This document shows, in pieces, positions 1-7,177 of a stretch of DNA of 14,152 nt. Made by a program: the position numbers and the translations under genes. Every line of letters begins with the position of its first letter. The first letter of the stretch is position 1. Origin of the DNA: Candidatus Micrarchaeota archaeon (lineage in GTDB: Archaea; Micrarchaeota; Micrarchaeia; Anstonellales; Anstonellaceae); assembly GCA_013331805.1 (NCBI GenBank), contig DUFS01000030.1, positions 1-14,152 on the forward strand, read 5' to 3'. The notes beneath the pieces are model-generated. The model made no database searches, was not told where the DNA came from, and was given only the letters and a program-made list of their open reading frames with translations.

Positions 1-117
1 ATCAGCTCAACCGGAACAAACTACCAGAATTATACCTACAACTACGAGCTGATGGCTCCGACTTCGCCTGGCGCTGCGACCACCGAGGTCTATTACTTCT
101 ACGCAGAGTTCAATTAG
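1..117 (+). CDS. 3' end of a partial CDS, probably a secreted/surface protein (…NYTYNYELMAPTSPGAATTEVYYFYAEFN*)
   Basis: Frame 1 is open from the window edge to TAG at 115-117. T/N/Y-rich beta-strand-like C-terminus, followed directly by a T-rich tract. Confidence 0.6.
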   Translation: MSSTGTNYQNYTYNYELMAPTSPGAATTEVYYFYAEFN

Positions 118-120
118 GCA

Positions 121-149
121 TTTTTTTTCCTCTTTTTGTTTTTCCTTTT
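121..149 (+). terminator. Archaeal oligo-T/pyrimidine-rich terminator
   Basis: TTTTTTTTCCTCTTTTTGTTTTTCCTTTT begins 4 nt after the stop codon. Confidence 0.6.
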
Positions 150-200
150 CCCTAATTTATGTGCACCTGTTTATTATTCTGGCGCGAGCCCACTAATGCC

Positions 201-581
201 ATGAGGGTGCTGGTGTTCGGGAACCCCGTTGCTGAAAGGGACTCCTCAGCTGTGAAAATTGCCGATATGCTGGAGGGGAAACTCGCGGGCATTGAATTTG
301 TCCGTTTCGATACCGCAGAGGATTTGGAAAAAGAAGGGAGCGAAGTTGCGATAATGGATGCGGTAGCGGGCCTGCGCTCCCCCCGGCTGATTTCCCTTGA
401 GGAATTGGAGCTTCCGGAAAAGCCCCTAACGCTTCACGGCTTTGACCTCATGTGGAACCTGCTCCTGCTGAAAAAGCTTGGTAAAATAAAAAAGGCGGTT
501 ATAATCGGGGTGCCTGCCTCAAGGCCTGTTAAGGAAAGCCTTCCGAAAGTGAGGAGACTGCTTGAGAAGCTTGAGGTATAG
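201..581 (+). CDS. Hydrogenase maturation protease (HycI/HybD family)
   Basis: N-terminal VLVFGNPxxxxD, IMDAV and TLHG motifs; close to the NiFe large subunit. Start moved to ATG 201 because TTTATTAT (170-177) lies at about -30, consistent with a leaderless mRNA. Confidence 0.85.
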   Translation: MRVLVFGNPVAERDSSAVKIADMLEGKLAGIEFVRFDTAEDLEKEGSEVAIMDAVAGLRSPRLISLEELELPEKPLTLHGFDLMWNLLLLKKLGKIKKAVIIGVPASRPVKESLPKVRRLLEKLEV

Positions 582-600
582 AAAATTAGTGAAGCGGTTC

Positions 601-816
601 TCACATAATTTTTTCGAATTCTCCCTTGTCTATGCCGCAGTCCTTCAGGATCCTGTTGAGAAGTCCTGCGCGTATTTCCTTCAGCGGGATGGTGACGCAT
701 ATGCTTCCCCTGTTGAGCGTCACGTGGCTGCCTTTCTGACGCAGCGCGGCAAAGCCGAACCTGTTGCAAAGAATTCTCATCAGCTTTTCGCCGCTTATTG
801 CGCTGAGCTTGCCCAT
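601..816 (-). CDS. hicA: HicA family toxin (mRNA interferase), type II TA
   Basis: 71 aa, basic, with GFxxxRQKGSH and GLLxxILK motifs; overlaps the upstream HicB-like gene by 22 nt. Confidence 0.9.
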   Translation of the reverse strand: MGKLSAISGEKLMRILCNRFGFAALRQKGSHVTLNRGSICVTIPLKEIRAGLLNRILKDCGIDKGEFEKIM

Positions 817-1040
817 GGCAAACCCACCCGGAATTTCGCTTTCGCAGAAAGAGATTTGACCGCATTTGAGCGCAGGGCGGATAGGTGCAGGTCCAAAGCC
901 TCTATGAAGTCCTTCTTCGCTTCTGTGATGGTGCTTCCCACCGCGTAGACGCCGAGCGCTGAGCAGGCTATTGCGTAGCTTCCGTCCTTCTCGTTGATGA
1001 CATCCACTTCGATTTCCCTTATGAGGGCCTTTTTCGCCAT
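795..1040 (-). CDS. hicB: HicB family antitoxin (short form, no obvious C-terminal DNA-binding domain)
   Basis: DGSYAIxCxxLGVYAVGxTxxEAxxxFxEALxLHL pattern of the HicB partial RNase H fold; paired with hicA; TATA-like TTAAAA about 25 nt upstream. Confidence 0.85.
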   Translation of the reverse strand: MAKKALIREIEVDVINEKDGSYAIACSALGVYAVGSTITEAKKDFIEALDLHLSALRSNAVKSLSAKAKFRVGLPWASSAQ

Positions 1041-1093
1041 GCTTTTATTTTGTATTGGCAGCTTTTAATTGTTTACCTGTCACGTTTGTTTCG

Positions 1094-2446
1094 CTAACGC
1101 TTTCCCTCAACCGAAAAGGTCCAGGGATTGGCTGGCAGGCGGACTGCCTTTTTCGTCTCCCTGACCTTGAGCTTGAGGAAGTGGGTGGCGCAGCTCATGC
1201 AGGGGTCGTACGCCCGGACGAGCTTTTCCACTTCCATGGAGATCTCGTCCTTCTCCTTCCCTGCGTCGAAATTGTCCTGCACCACCTGCGCGATGTCCTT
1301 TTCAATGTTTATGAAGTTCTGCGCGGTCGGTATGACGAGGTTGATGTAGTCCACCATCCCCTGCTCGTTCACCTTGATGGCGTAGAAGAGCGTGCCGCGC
1401 GGCGCTTCGGTCACCCCGATTCCGCTTCCCGCCCTTATGGGCGGGGTCTTGTACTGCTCCATCTTGAAGTCAAACCCTTCCAGCCTCTCGATCGCGTGGT
1501 CAATGCAGTGCACGATCTCGATTGCCTGCGCAAGGTTGTTCATGTACATGTTGCTCGAGGGGAAAAGCGAAAGCGTTCCCGCAAGGTCGCGCCGCGTGTC
1601 CTTGTGCAGCGAGCCCTTGTTCAGGTTCATCCTGGCCAACGAGCCCACCATGTACTCCTTGCCCTCGAACTCAAAGCCCGTTGCCTGCGAGTAGGGCACC
1701 ACCACGCGGTCCAGATGGTCCCAGAAGTTACCGCGCGGGATGCAGTAGCCTTCTGACGAGCAAAGCTCCCCTCCTGTGAATTCGTAAGCAGGGTTTTTCA
1801 GCGCAATGAAGTGCGTCTTCCTTGAAAACGAGGGCATCCTGTCCCTGAAAAGCTCCACGAACTCGATCGCATGCTCGCGCGCGTGCGAAAGCGTGTGCGC
1901 CATTTCGCGCGCCTGCTCGTTGGTCAGGACCTTCGTGAATCCGCCCACATTGGGGTAGGGAGCATGCACGCTTCGCCCTGCCACCAGCTTGGAAAGCTCG
2001 TTGCCCGCGCTTTTCACCTCGAGCGCCTTTTCTATGAGCGACTTGTCTCGGTCGGCAAGCTCAAGGACTGAATCGGCGTTCATTATGTCGGGCAGGGAGA
2101 ATATGTAGAGGTGCATGGCGTGGTCCCGCACCATCAGGCCGTCGTTGGTAAGGTGGCGCAGCGCCATGGTCTGCTCGCTTGGGACCACGCCCATCGCATT
2201 TTCCACTGCCTCGATGCAGGACTGCAGGTGGGCAATCGAGCAGGTGCCGCATATGCGCGAAACCAGTTGTGCCACGTTGAGCGCGGGCTTGCCGCGGACG
2301 CCCTGCGTGAAGAAGCGCTTGGATTCGGAAATTTTAAGGTGCGCGTATTGCACCTTGCCCTCCTTTACCCTGACCTCAAGGTCGGTGTGCCCTTCGATTT
2401 TCGAAAGGTGCCTGATGTCAATGTCGAATTCGCCTTCCTTGTGCAT
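1094..2446 (-). CDS. hydA: [NiFe]-hydrogenase large subunit, group 3 (3b-like)
   Basis: KIEGH, L1 motif RICGTCSIAH, EAPRGTL, and L2 motif RAYDPCMSCATH followed by a cleavable C-terminal extension; GGTGGT SD upstream. Confidence 0.95.
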   Translation of the reverse strand: MHKEGEFDIDIRHLSKIEGHTDLEVRVKEGKVQYAHLKISESKRFFTQGVRGKPALNVAQLVSRICGTCSIAHLQSCIEAVENAMGVVPSEQTMALRHLTNDGLMVRDHAMHLYIFSLPDIMNADSVLELADRDKSLIEKALEVKSAGNELSKLVAGRSVHAPYPNVGGFTKVLTNEQAREMAHTLSHAREHAIEFVELFRDRMPSFSRKTHFIALKNPAYEFTGGELCSSEGYCIPRGNFWDHLDRVVVPYSQATGFEFEGKEYMVGSLARMNLNKGSLHKDTRRDLAGTLSLFPSSNMYMNNLAQAIEIVHCIDHAIERLEGFDFKMEQYKTPPIRAGSGIGVTEAPRGTLFYAIKVNEQGMVDYINLVIPTAQNFINIEKDIAQVVQDNFDAGKEKDEISMEVEKLVRAYDPCMSCATHFLKLKVRETKKAVRLPANPWTFSVEGKR

Positions 2447-2470
2447 GAATATACCACCAGCTGATCAAAC

Positions 2471-2953
2471 TCACTTCACTTCGAACTCAGCCAACAGCTT
2501 GGATAGCGTGTCCAGGAATATTTTCTCATCCATGGGGCAGCCCGGAACCTGGTAGTCCACCTTGACTATGTCCTTTATGGGGTGCACCTTTTCCAGATGC
2601 CCGAACCTTTCCACTATGAGCATGATTTCGCGCCTGGTGGAGTCGTCGAAGGTGTTCCTCTGCGCCGAGGGAAGGCCTGTGCAGGCGCAGGAGCCGATTG
2701 CCACCAGCCTCTTGGACTTCTCCCGGATCATCTTCAGCTCCTCCTCGTCCTCCTTGGTGGCTATCGCCCCCTCCACGAAAGTCACATCCGACCCGTCAAA
2801 GCTGTTGCCCTTGTTCTTGAGCAGCCTGCAGTAGCGGAAGTCGAGCTTCTCCTTCCATTCGAAGAAATGCTCGTTCAATAGCTCCACGAACAATATGGAG
2901 GAGTCCTCGCAGCAGGCAAATGTGACCCAGGAAACGGCAAGCTTCTTCCCCAT
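2471..2953 (-). CDS. hydD: [NiFe]-hydrogenase small subunit (NuoB/Oxidored_q6 domain only; 160 aa, alternative start 2983)
   Basis: VEGA, AIGSCA and VPGCP motifs; directly upstream of the large subunit; GAGGGA upstream of ATG 2953. Confidence 0.88.
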   Translation of the reverse strand: MGKKLAVSWVTFACCEDSSILFVELLNEHFFEWKEKLDFRYCRLLKNKGNSFDGSDVTFVEGAIATKEDEEELKMIREKSKRLVAIGSCACTGLPSAQRNTFDDSTRREIMLIVERFGHLEKVHPIKDIVKVDYQVPGCPMDEKIFLDTLSKLLAEFEVK

Positions 2954-3027
2954 GAAAATATCCCTCGGGAGATTTTCAGACATTTTCCTCGAGGAAAATG
3001 CTGATACCCAAAGCGTCGCAGATTAAT

Positions 3028-3035
3028 CTTTTAAA
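3028..3035. promoter_or_regulatory. Candidate bidirectional TATA box between the hydrogenase operon and EamA
   Basis: CTTTTAAA reads as TTTAAA on both strands in the divergent intergenic region. Confidence 0.4.
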
Positions 3036-3126
3036 CCAAAACGTGCCATTTGTGGTCATGATTGCATGAGACGCCCTTCCATCTGCATGAGGAGGACGGC
3101 CAAACAGGAAAATTAGGGGGATTGGC

Positions 3127-3168
3127 ATGCGATACATGGGGCTGGACGCGCACAGGGGGTTTTCATAG
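3127..3168 (+). pseudogene. 13-codon ORF MRYMGLDAHRGFS*, resembling an IS110-family transposase N-terminus (remnant) or a uORF
   Basis: Fits the M-x-Y/F-h-G-h-D-x-H-K/R start of IS110 DEDD/RuvC domains (recalled pattern, not searched); preceded by GGGGGA; its TAG abuts the EamA ATG. Confidence 0.4.
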
Positions 3169-4089
3169 ATGGAAAACGGCAAAGGGGCCGCACTGGCATA
3201 TCTTACGGCGATAGTGAGCGGGATTTCGGTTTTCGCAAACAGCTTTGGCGTGCTAACTATTGACCCGACTGCGTACACGTTCCTGAAGAACGCGCTTGTG
3301 GCGGGGATTCTCGCTGCGATTTGCGTTTCATTGGGAAGCTTCCGCGAGTTCTTGCAGCTCAACAGGAAGCAGCTCCTGCAGCTTTCTTTCGTGGGCGTAA
3401 TCGGCGGAGGGGTTGCATTCGCCCTCTTCTTCTCGGGCCTTGCGCTCACCACAGGCTCAATGGGCTCGTTTGCCTACAGGCTGCTTTTCCTGTTTGCCGC
3501 AGTGATTGCGGTCGGCGCTCTCAAGGAAAAAATGAGCTGGAACGCAGCGCTCGGCGCAATTGCGATCCTTGCGGGCAACTTCATCCTGCTTGGCGATGCG
3601 GCGCTTTCAGCCTCCGAGGGGGTTCTTCTCATACTCGCGGCAACCATTCTTTGGGCAGCGGAATACGCGGTTTCTAAAAAGGCGCTTGAGTCGCTCTCGC
3701 CAACTACGGTGGCTGGCGCAAGGATGGGGATTGGCTCGCTCGTTCTGTTGGGAATTCTCCTTTACACAGGTAAAATTTCCTCGCTTTCGCAGATTGCGCC
3801 TGATTCCATCGCTTGGATAGCAATTGCAACCGGCTTCCTAACAGTTTTCGTGACCCTCTGGTATTCCGCCCTGAAGCACACGTCGCTCATCTCAGCAACA
3901 GCCGCACTCACGCTCGGGGGGCCGATTTCGGCACTGCTTTCCTTAGCGTTCGCAGGAAAGGCGCTTGTTCCAGAGGCTGCCGCAGGACTTCTGCTCGCTT
4001 CAATCGGCGCAATTGCCGTGCTGGGCTTTACTGAAACTCTTGCCGCATTTGCCTGGGCAAAGGAAAGGGCGTTTGGCCTGAGGCTGTAG
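3169..4089 (+). CDS. EamA/DMT-family transporter
   Basis: 306 aa, about 10 hydrophobic segments in two repeats; LKEK, ILWAxxxxxSKK and WYSALK patterns. Confidence 0.9.
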   Translation: MENGKGAALAYLTAIVSGISVFANSFGVLTIDPTAYTFLKNALVAGILAAICVSLGSFREFLQLNRKQLLQLSFVGVIGGGVAFALFFSGLALTTGSMGSFAYRLLFLFAAVIAVGALKEKMSWNAALGAIAILAGNFILLGDAALSASEGVLLILAATILWAAEYAVSKKALESLSPTTVAGARMGIGSLVLLGILLYTGKISSLSQIAPDSIAWIAIATGFLTVFVTLWYSALKHTSLISATAALTLGGPISALLSLAFAGKALVPEAAAGLLLASIGAIAVLGFTETLAAFAWAKERAFGLRL

Positions 4090-4128
4090 GAAAAATATTG
4101 CCCCCTCAGCCAACGGTCCGTGATTATT

Positions 4129-4854
4129 ATGGAAGGAGTGGAACTTGCTGCCCGCTTTGCCCTTGCTCCGAACTCCCTTTCATACTGCGGCACTCCTGCT
4201 TTTCGCGGCGCATTCTCTGATTTCCTTGATTTGAAAACGGCTGCGGCAGCAGGTGCGCTTGAGTCCTCGCTGAAAAAATTCACAGCCCATTATGCCTATC
4301 TCTGCCTGATCGCAGAGGCGAGCGGGAAAAGCCCGTTTGACAGGGAGGTCGCCGAAGCTTTCTGGCTGGGCAACGGCCTGCTTTGGGAAGTGAAAAAAAA
4401 AGAGCTTGCCAGCCTGATTTCCGATGAATTCTGCGGAACCGGCATGCTTTCCCATGGGCGCGCAATGAAACTGGCGGACGAATTGCCGGACGGGTTCCTG
4501 CCGCACCACTCCTTTCATGTGCTTTACCTGCACACCATTTCTGGCGCAATCGAGCCGAGCTTGAGAAACGCGGATTTGTGCAGGGTATCCTGGGGCAGGG
4601 TTATTGGGGTTGACGGGAACATTGTTGCAGTAAAGTCGCAAAAGCTCATCAGGGTGAACGGCAAATTGGCGCTTGTTGAGCAAAAAAGGAAGTGGAAGGC
4701 ATCCTGCGCAGGAATCCGGCTGCTTGAAGGCGCACGGCGCGGGGACTTCGTTGCGTCGCACTGGGGCTTTGCGGTCATGAAGCTTTCCCAAGCTCAGGCT
4801 GCAAGGCTGGAAAAATTCACCCTGCAGAACCTGAAGGCGGCAAACAGGCTCTAA
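4129..4854 (+). CDS. DUF6390-like protein with HypC-like C-terminus
   Basis: ARFAxxPNxLxYCG, YxYLxLIA, VAEAFWLGN, PHHSFHV, CRVSWG and GDxVxxHWG motifs, recalled as DUF6390. ATG 4129 follows GTGAT. Confidence 0.75.
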   Translation: MEGVELAARFALAPNSLSYCGTPAFRGAFSDFLDLKTAAAAGALESSLKKFTAHYAYLCLIAEASGKSPFDREVAEAFWLGNGLLWEVKKKELASLISDEFCGTGMLSHGRAMKLADELPDGFLPHHSFHVLYLHTISGAIEPSLRNADLCRVSWGRVIGVDGNIVAVKSQKLIRVNGKLALVEQKRKWKASCAGIRLLEGARRGDFVASHWGFAVMKLSQAQAARLEKFTLQNLKAANRL

Positions 4855-4888
4855 CATTTATTTTGATTGCCTTCGAAATGGCACTTGC

Positions 4889-5137
4889 ATGGGATGGGGG
4901 CTCCTGATTGCACTATTCATTTCCTTCCTGGCGTTCTACTTCCTGTTCCGCATGTTTCGCCGAATCATGCCCCTTGTCCTGCACGGGATTCTCGGCATGG
5001 CTGTATTCTGGGCTTTGCGCGAGACGAGAATACTGGTTGTGCCCATTGACATTGTGACCTTCCTCATCGCGGCTTTCGGCGGAATCCTTGGAGTGATTGT
5101 GGTAATCCTTCTTGCCTTTCTTGGAATACCTCTCTAG
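4889..5137 (+). CDS. Small membrane protein, BofA (pro-sigmaK processing inhibitor)-like family
   Basis: 82 aa with three hydrophobic helices and VPIDxxTxLIxAxGGIxGV; TTTATTTT at about -30. Confidence 0.7.
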   Translation: MGWGLLIALFISFLAFYFLFRMFRRIMPLVLHGILGMAVFWALRETRILVVPIDIVTFLIAAFGGILGVIVVILLAFLGIPL

Positions 5138-5150
5138 ACAGCCCTGGATC

Positions 5151-5777
5151 TTATCCCGAACTATTCTTCAGCACCTTGGGAAGGAGTTCCTCAATTTCCT
5201 GCTGGCCAGAAAGCTTGTAATTCCCAAAAAAAAGCATGGGCACCACCATGCTGTTTTTGAATAAGCCCTTTTCTGCAATAGTTCTTTCGAAGAATGCAAA
5301 GCCCTCGGGTGAAAGAACGTTGACCTTGTGCCATTCTGTGGAATTGGCGTACTCCCGTTCCAAGGACTCCGCCTGTGCCTTTACATTTGCCGAATACGGG
5401 CAGAGGGGCGAATAGAAGTAATACACCTGGGAAAGCTCGGGCTTTTTTGCGTCAAAAAGGTCAGCCAGGATGGCTTCGGTTTCGTTGATAGATATTTTCC
5501 TTTGGGGCTCGGAGACCAATGTGACGTCGTCCGCCCTTTTAGTGTTCGGCTTTGCGGTTATTGTGGACAGGGCATTGCTGCCGTTGAAAATCGAATTTTT
5601 TGGAATAGAAAGCGAAAATACCTCTGCCTTGGGCATCGTTTTTGCCCCCATTGGAGGTTGGGGAGGATCTGGCGGAAGGGGAATGGGGGCTGCCTCGTTC
5701 CTGAAAGACGCAGTGCAGCCAAAGCTACCAATCAGGAACATGCCCAGAACCGCAATTGCCAATTCCTGGTTTTTCAT
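5151..5777 (-). CDS. Thioredoxin/glutaredoxin-fold lipoprotein with CxxS (CPYS) site
   Basis: Signal peptide ending in a lipobox-like SFGC, Pro-rich linker, YYFYSPLCPYS and cis-Pro-like VPML. Start set at MKNQE (ATG 5777). Confidence 0.75.
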   Translation of the reverse strand: MKNQELAIAVLGMFLIGSFGCTASFRNEAAPIPLPPDPPQPPMGAKTMPKAEVFSLSIPKNSIFNGSNALSTITAKPNTKRADDVTLVSEPQRKISINETEAILADLFDAKKPELSQVYYFYSPLCPYSANVKAQAESLEREYANSTEWHKVNVLSPEGFAFFERTIAEKGLFKNSMVVPMLFFGNYKLSGQQEIEELLPKVLKNSSG

Positions 5778-5838
5778 ACCCAAAAAATGCTGACCAAGGT
5801 TAATAATGCTCACTAATGCATTCTCATTGGTGAATTGC

Positions 5839-5991
5839 ATGGCGAAAAAAAAGAGGTTTGTTTACGTTTGCGAGGGCTCCTGCGGGGCGATTGTTTCCCC
5901 CAGGCGCTACAAGGCGGGCTTGAAAAAATGCGGGGCTGAAAGCTGCGGCATGCATAACAGGGCATTCAGGAAAAAGCAGGTCATTGACTGA
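5839..5991 (+). CDS. Small Cys-rich putative metal-binding protein (50 aa)
   Basis: GGTGA SD at 5829-5833; Cx3C…Cx4Cx2H pattern (CEGSC…CGAESCGMH); basic. Confidence 0.6.
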   Translation: MAKKKRFVYVCEGSCGAIVSPRRYKAGLKKCGAESCGMHNRAFRKKQVID

Positions 5992-6039
5992 TGCCAAGAA
6001 AGGCTGAAAGCTGCGGCAGGCAAGGCAAAAAGGAATGAT

Positions 6040-6411
6040 ATGGATTGGCAAGGCTGCCTTACTCCGGAGCAGTACCGGATACTGCGCGAAAAGGGCACTG
6101 AGCTGCCCTTCACAGGAGCGCTCACCTTCAACAAGAGGAAAGGCGCTTACCTCTGCGCAGGCTGCGGAGCAGTGCTTTTCAGGTCAAGCGAAAAATTCGA
6201 GTCAGGCACAGGATGGCCGAGCTTCTTTGAAGTTGCGTCAAGCAGGGCAGTTGAAAAGCGCGAGGACGCATCCCTTGGAATGAGGCGCACTGAGGTCGTG
6301 TGCGCAAGGTGCAGGGGCCACCTGGGGCACCTTTTTGACGACGGGCCTGCGCCCACCGGCTTTCGCTACTGCATAAATTCGGCAGCGCTTTCCTTCAGGG
6401 AAAAGAAATAG
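6040..6411 (+). CDS. msrB: Peptide-methionine (R)-S-oxide reductase MsrB
   Basis: LTPEQYxILRxxGTE, CAGC and CARC zinc ligands, GWPSF, HLGHLF and catalytic RYCINS. Confidence 0.97.
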   Translation: MDWQGCLTPEQYRILREKGTELPFTGALTFNKRKGAYLCAGCGAVLFRSSEKFESGTGWPSFFEVASSRAVEKREDASLGMRRTEVVCARCRGHLGHLFDDGPAPTGFRYCINSAALSFREKK

Positions 6412-7014
6412 CTACTCCTTCTTCCCTGTGAGGCCCACGAGTATTTCGTAAATCCTCACTGCATCCGAGTTTCGCACCACCATCAATGTGTCGGTGTGGC
6501 AGGAGATGAACTCAAGCACGTTTATTCCCTCTGCGGCAATTGCATCGAGTATGGTGGAGACGCAGCCAGGAGTGTCCTGCAGCTCGGGAGGGCTGCAAAG
6601 TATGATGAGCGAAAGCTCGTCTATGGTCCGCAGGCCCTTTTTCCTAAGTTGCTTGGAGTAGGAGGAGTCGATGACGCTCATGACGCCTGACTTGCTGTTG
6701 GAGGTGGCGATGACTGGCACGCCTATGCCCCCTTTGCTTGAGACAACCGAGACGTTGCTCCTCACCTCCACGCTGGAGTTCTTGAGCACCTTTTCCACTT
6801 CCTTTTCCCAGGATTTTTCCTTTGCCTGCTCCTCCCGCGCCAGTCTGAGAAGAGCCGCCTTTATCGCAGTGAACTCAGACTTCCTGCCCGGGAAAATTTC
6901 CTTCTGGAGCCTTCTTGCCAGCGCCGAGTAGTTGCAAAGGCCGTTGGTCACCACTGACAGGAGCTGCGGTCGGCGCTTGAGGTAGAGCCTGACCAGGTTT
7001 GCTGTTGTTGCCAT
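6412..7014 (-). CDS. Archaeal ACT-domain protein with N-terminal HTH-like region (putative regulator)
   Basis: NYSALARRL near the N-terminus; C-terminal TPGxVxxILxxIAxxGINVLEFISCHTD ACT pattern; GAGGATGA upstream of ATG 7014. Confidence 0.8.
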   Translation of the reverse strand: MATTANLVRLYLKRRPQLLSVVTNGLCNYSALARRLQKEIFPGRKSEFTAIKAALLRLAREEQAKEKSWEKEVEKVLKNSSVEVRSNVSVVSSKGGIGVPVIATSNSKSGVMSVIDSSYSKQLRKKGLRTIDELSLIILCSPPELQDTPGCVSTILDAIAAEGINVLEFISCHTDTLMVVRNSDAVRIYEILVGLTGKKE

Positions 7015-7177
7015 CAAATCATCCTCTGAAATGCCCGTTTTTGCGCAAATAAGGCTTGTGTCCCATGTGGAACAAATTGTTTTCTGCAGAATAGGGATTA
7101 TAAAGCCATGGCCCTCGCGCCCAAAAGCCAGCACTGTTTCCCTTTTGTTTTTATTCTTTTCACCTCAATTCTCCCGC

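Noticed and set aside
1083..1148. Short hairpins at the 3' end of hydA (TCCCT…GAAAA…AGGGA; GGCAG…CTGCC) as a possible SECIS
   Set aside because: hydA has Cys at all Ni ligands and no in-frame TGA; the stems are short enough to be chance.
1055..2555. Several plus-strand ORFs (e.g. 1055-1756, 2115-2555) and similar antisense ORFs over proS, the beta-propeller gene and atpB/D
   Set aside because: Shadow ORFs opposite well-supported genes, with no recognisable motifs.
5987..6010. CTGATG…GAAA resembling a hammerhead ribozyme core
   Set aside because: The core reads CUGAUGC, not CUGANGA, and I could not build stems I and III.
7040..7074. Palindromes TTTGCGCAAA and TGTCCC-ATGT-GGAACA upstream of the ACT-domain gene
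   Set aside because: Could be operators, but they are short and single-copy in the window, so not supportable.
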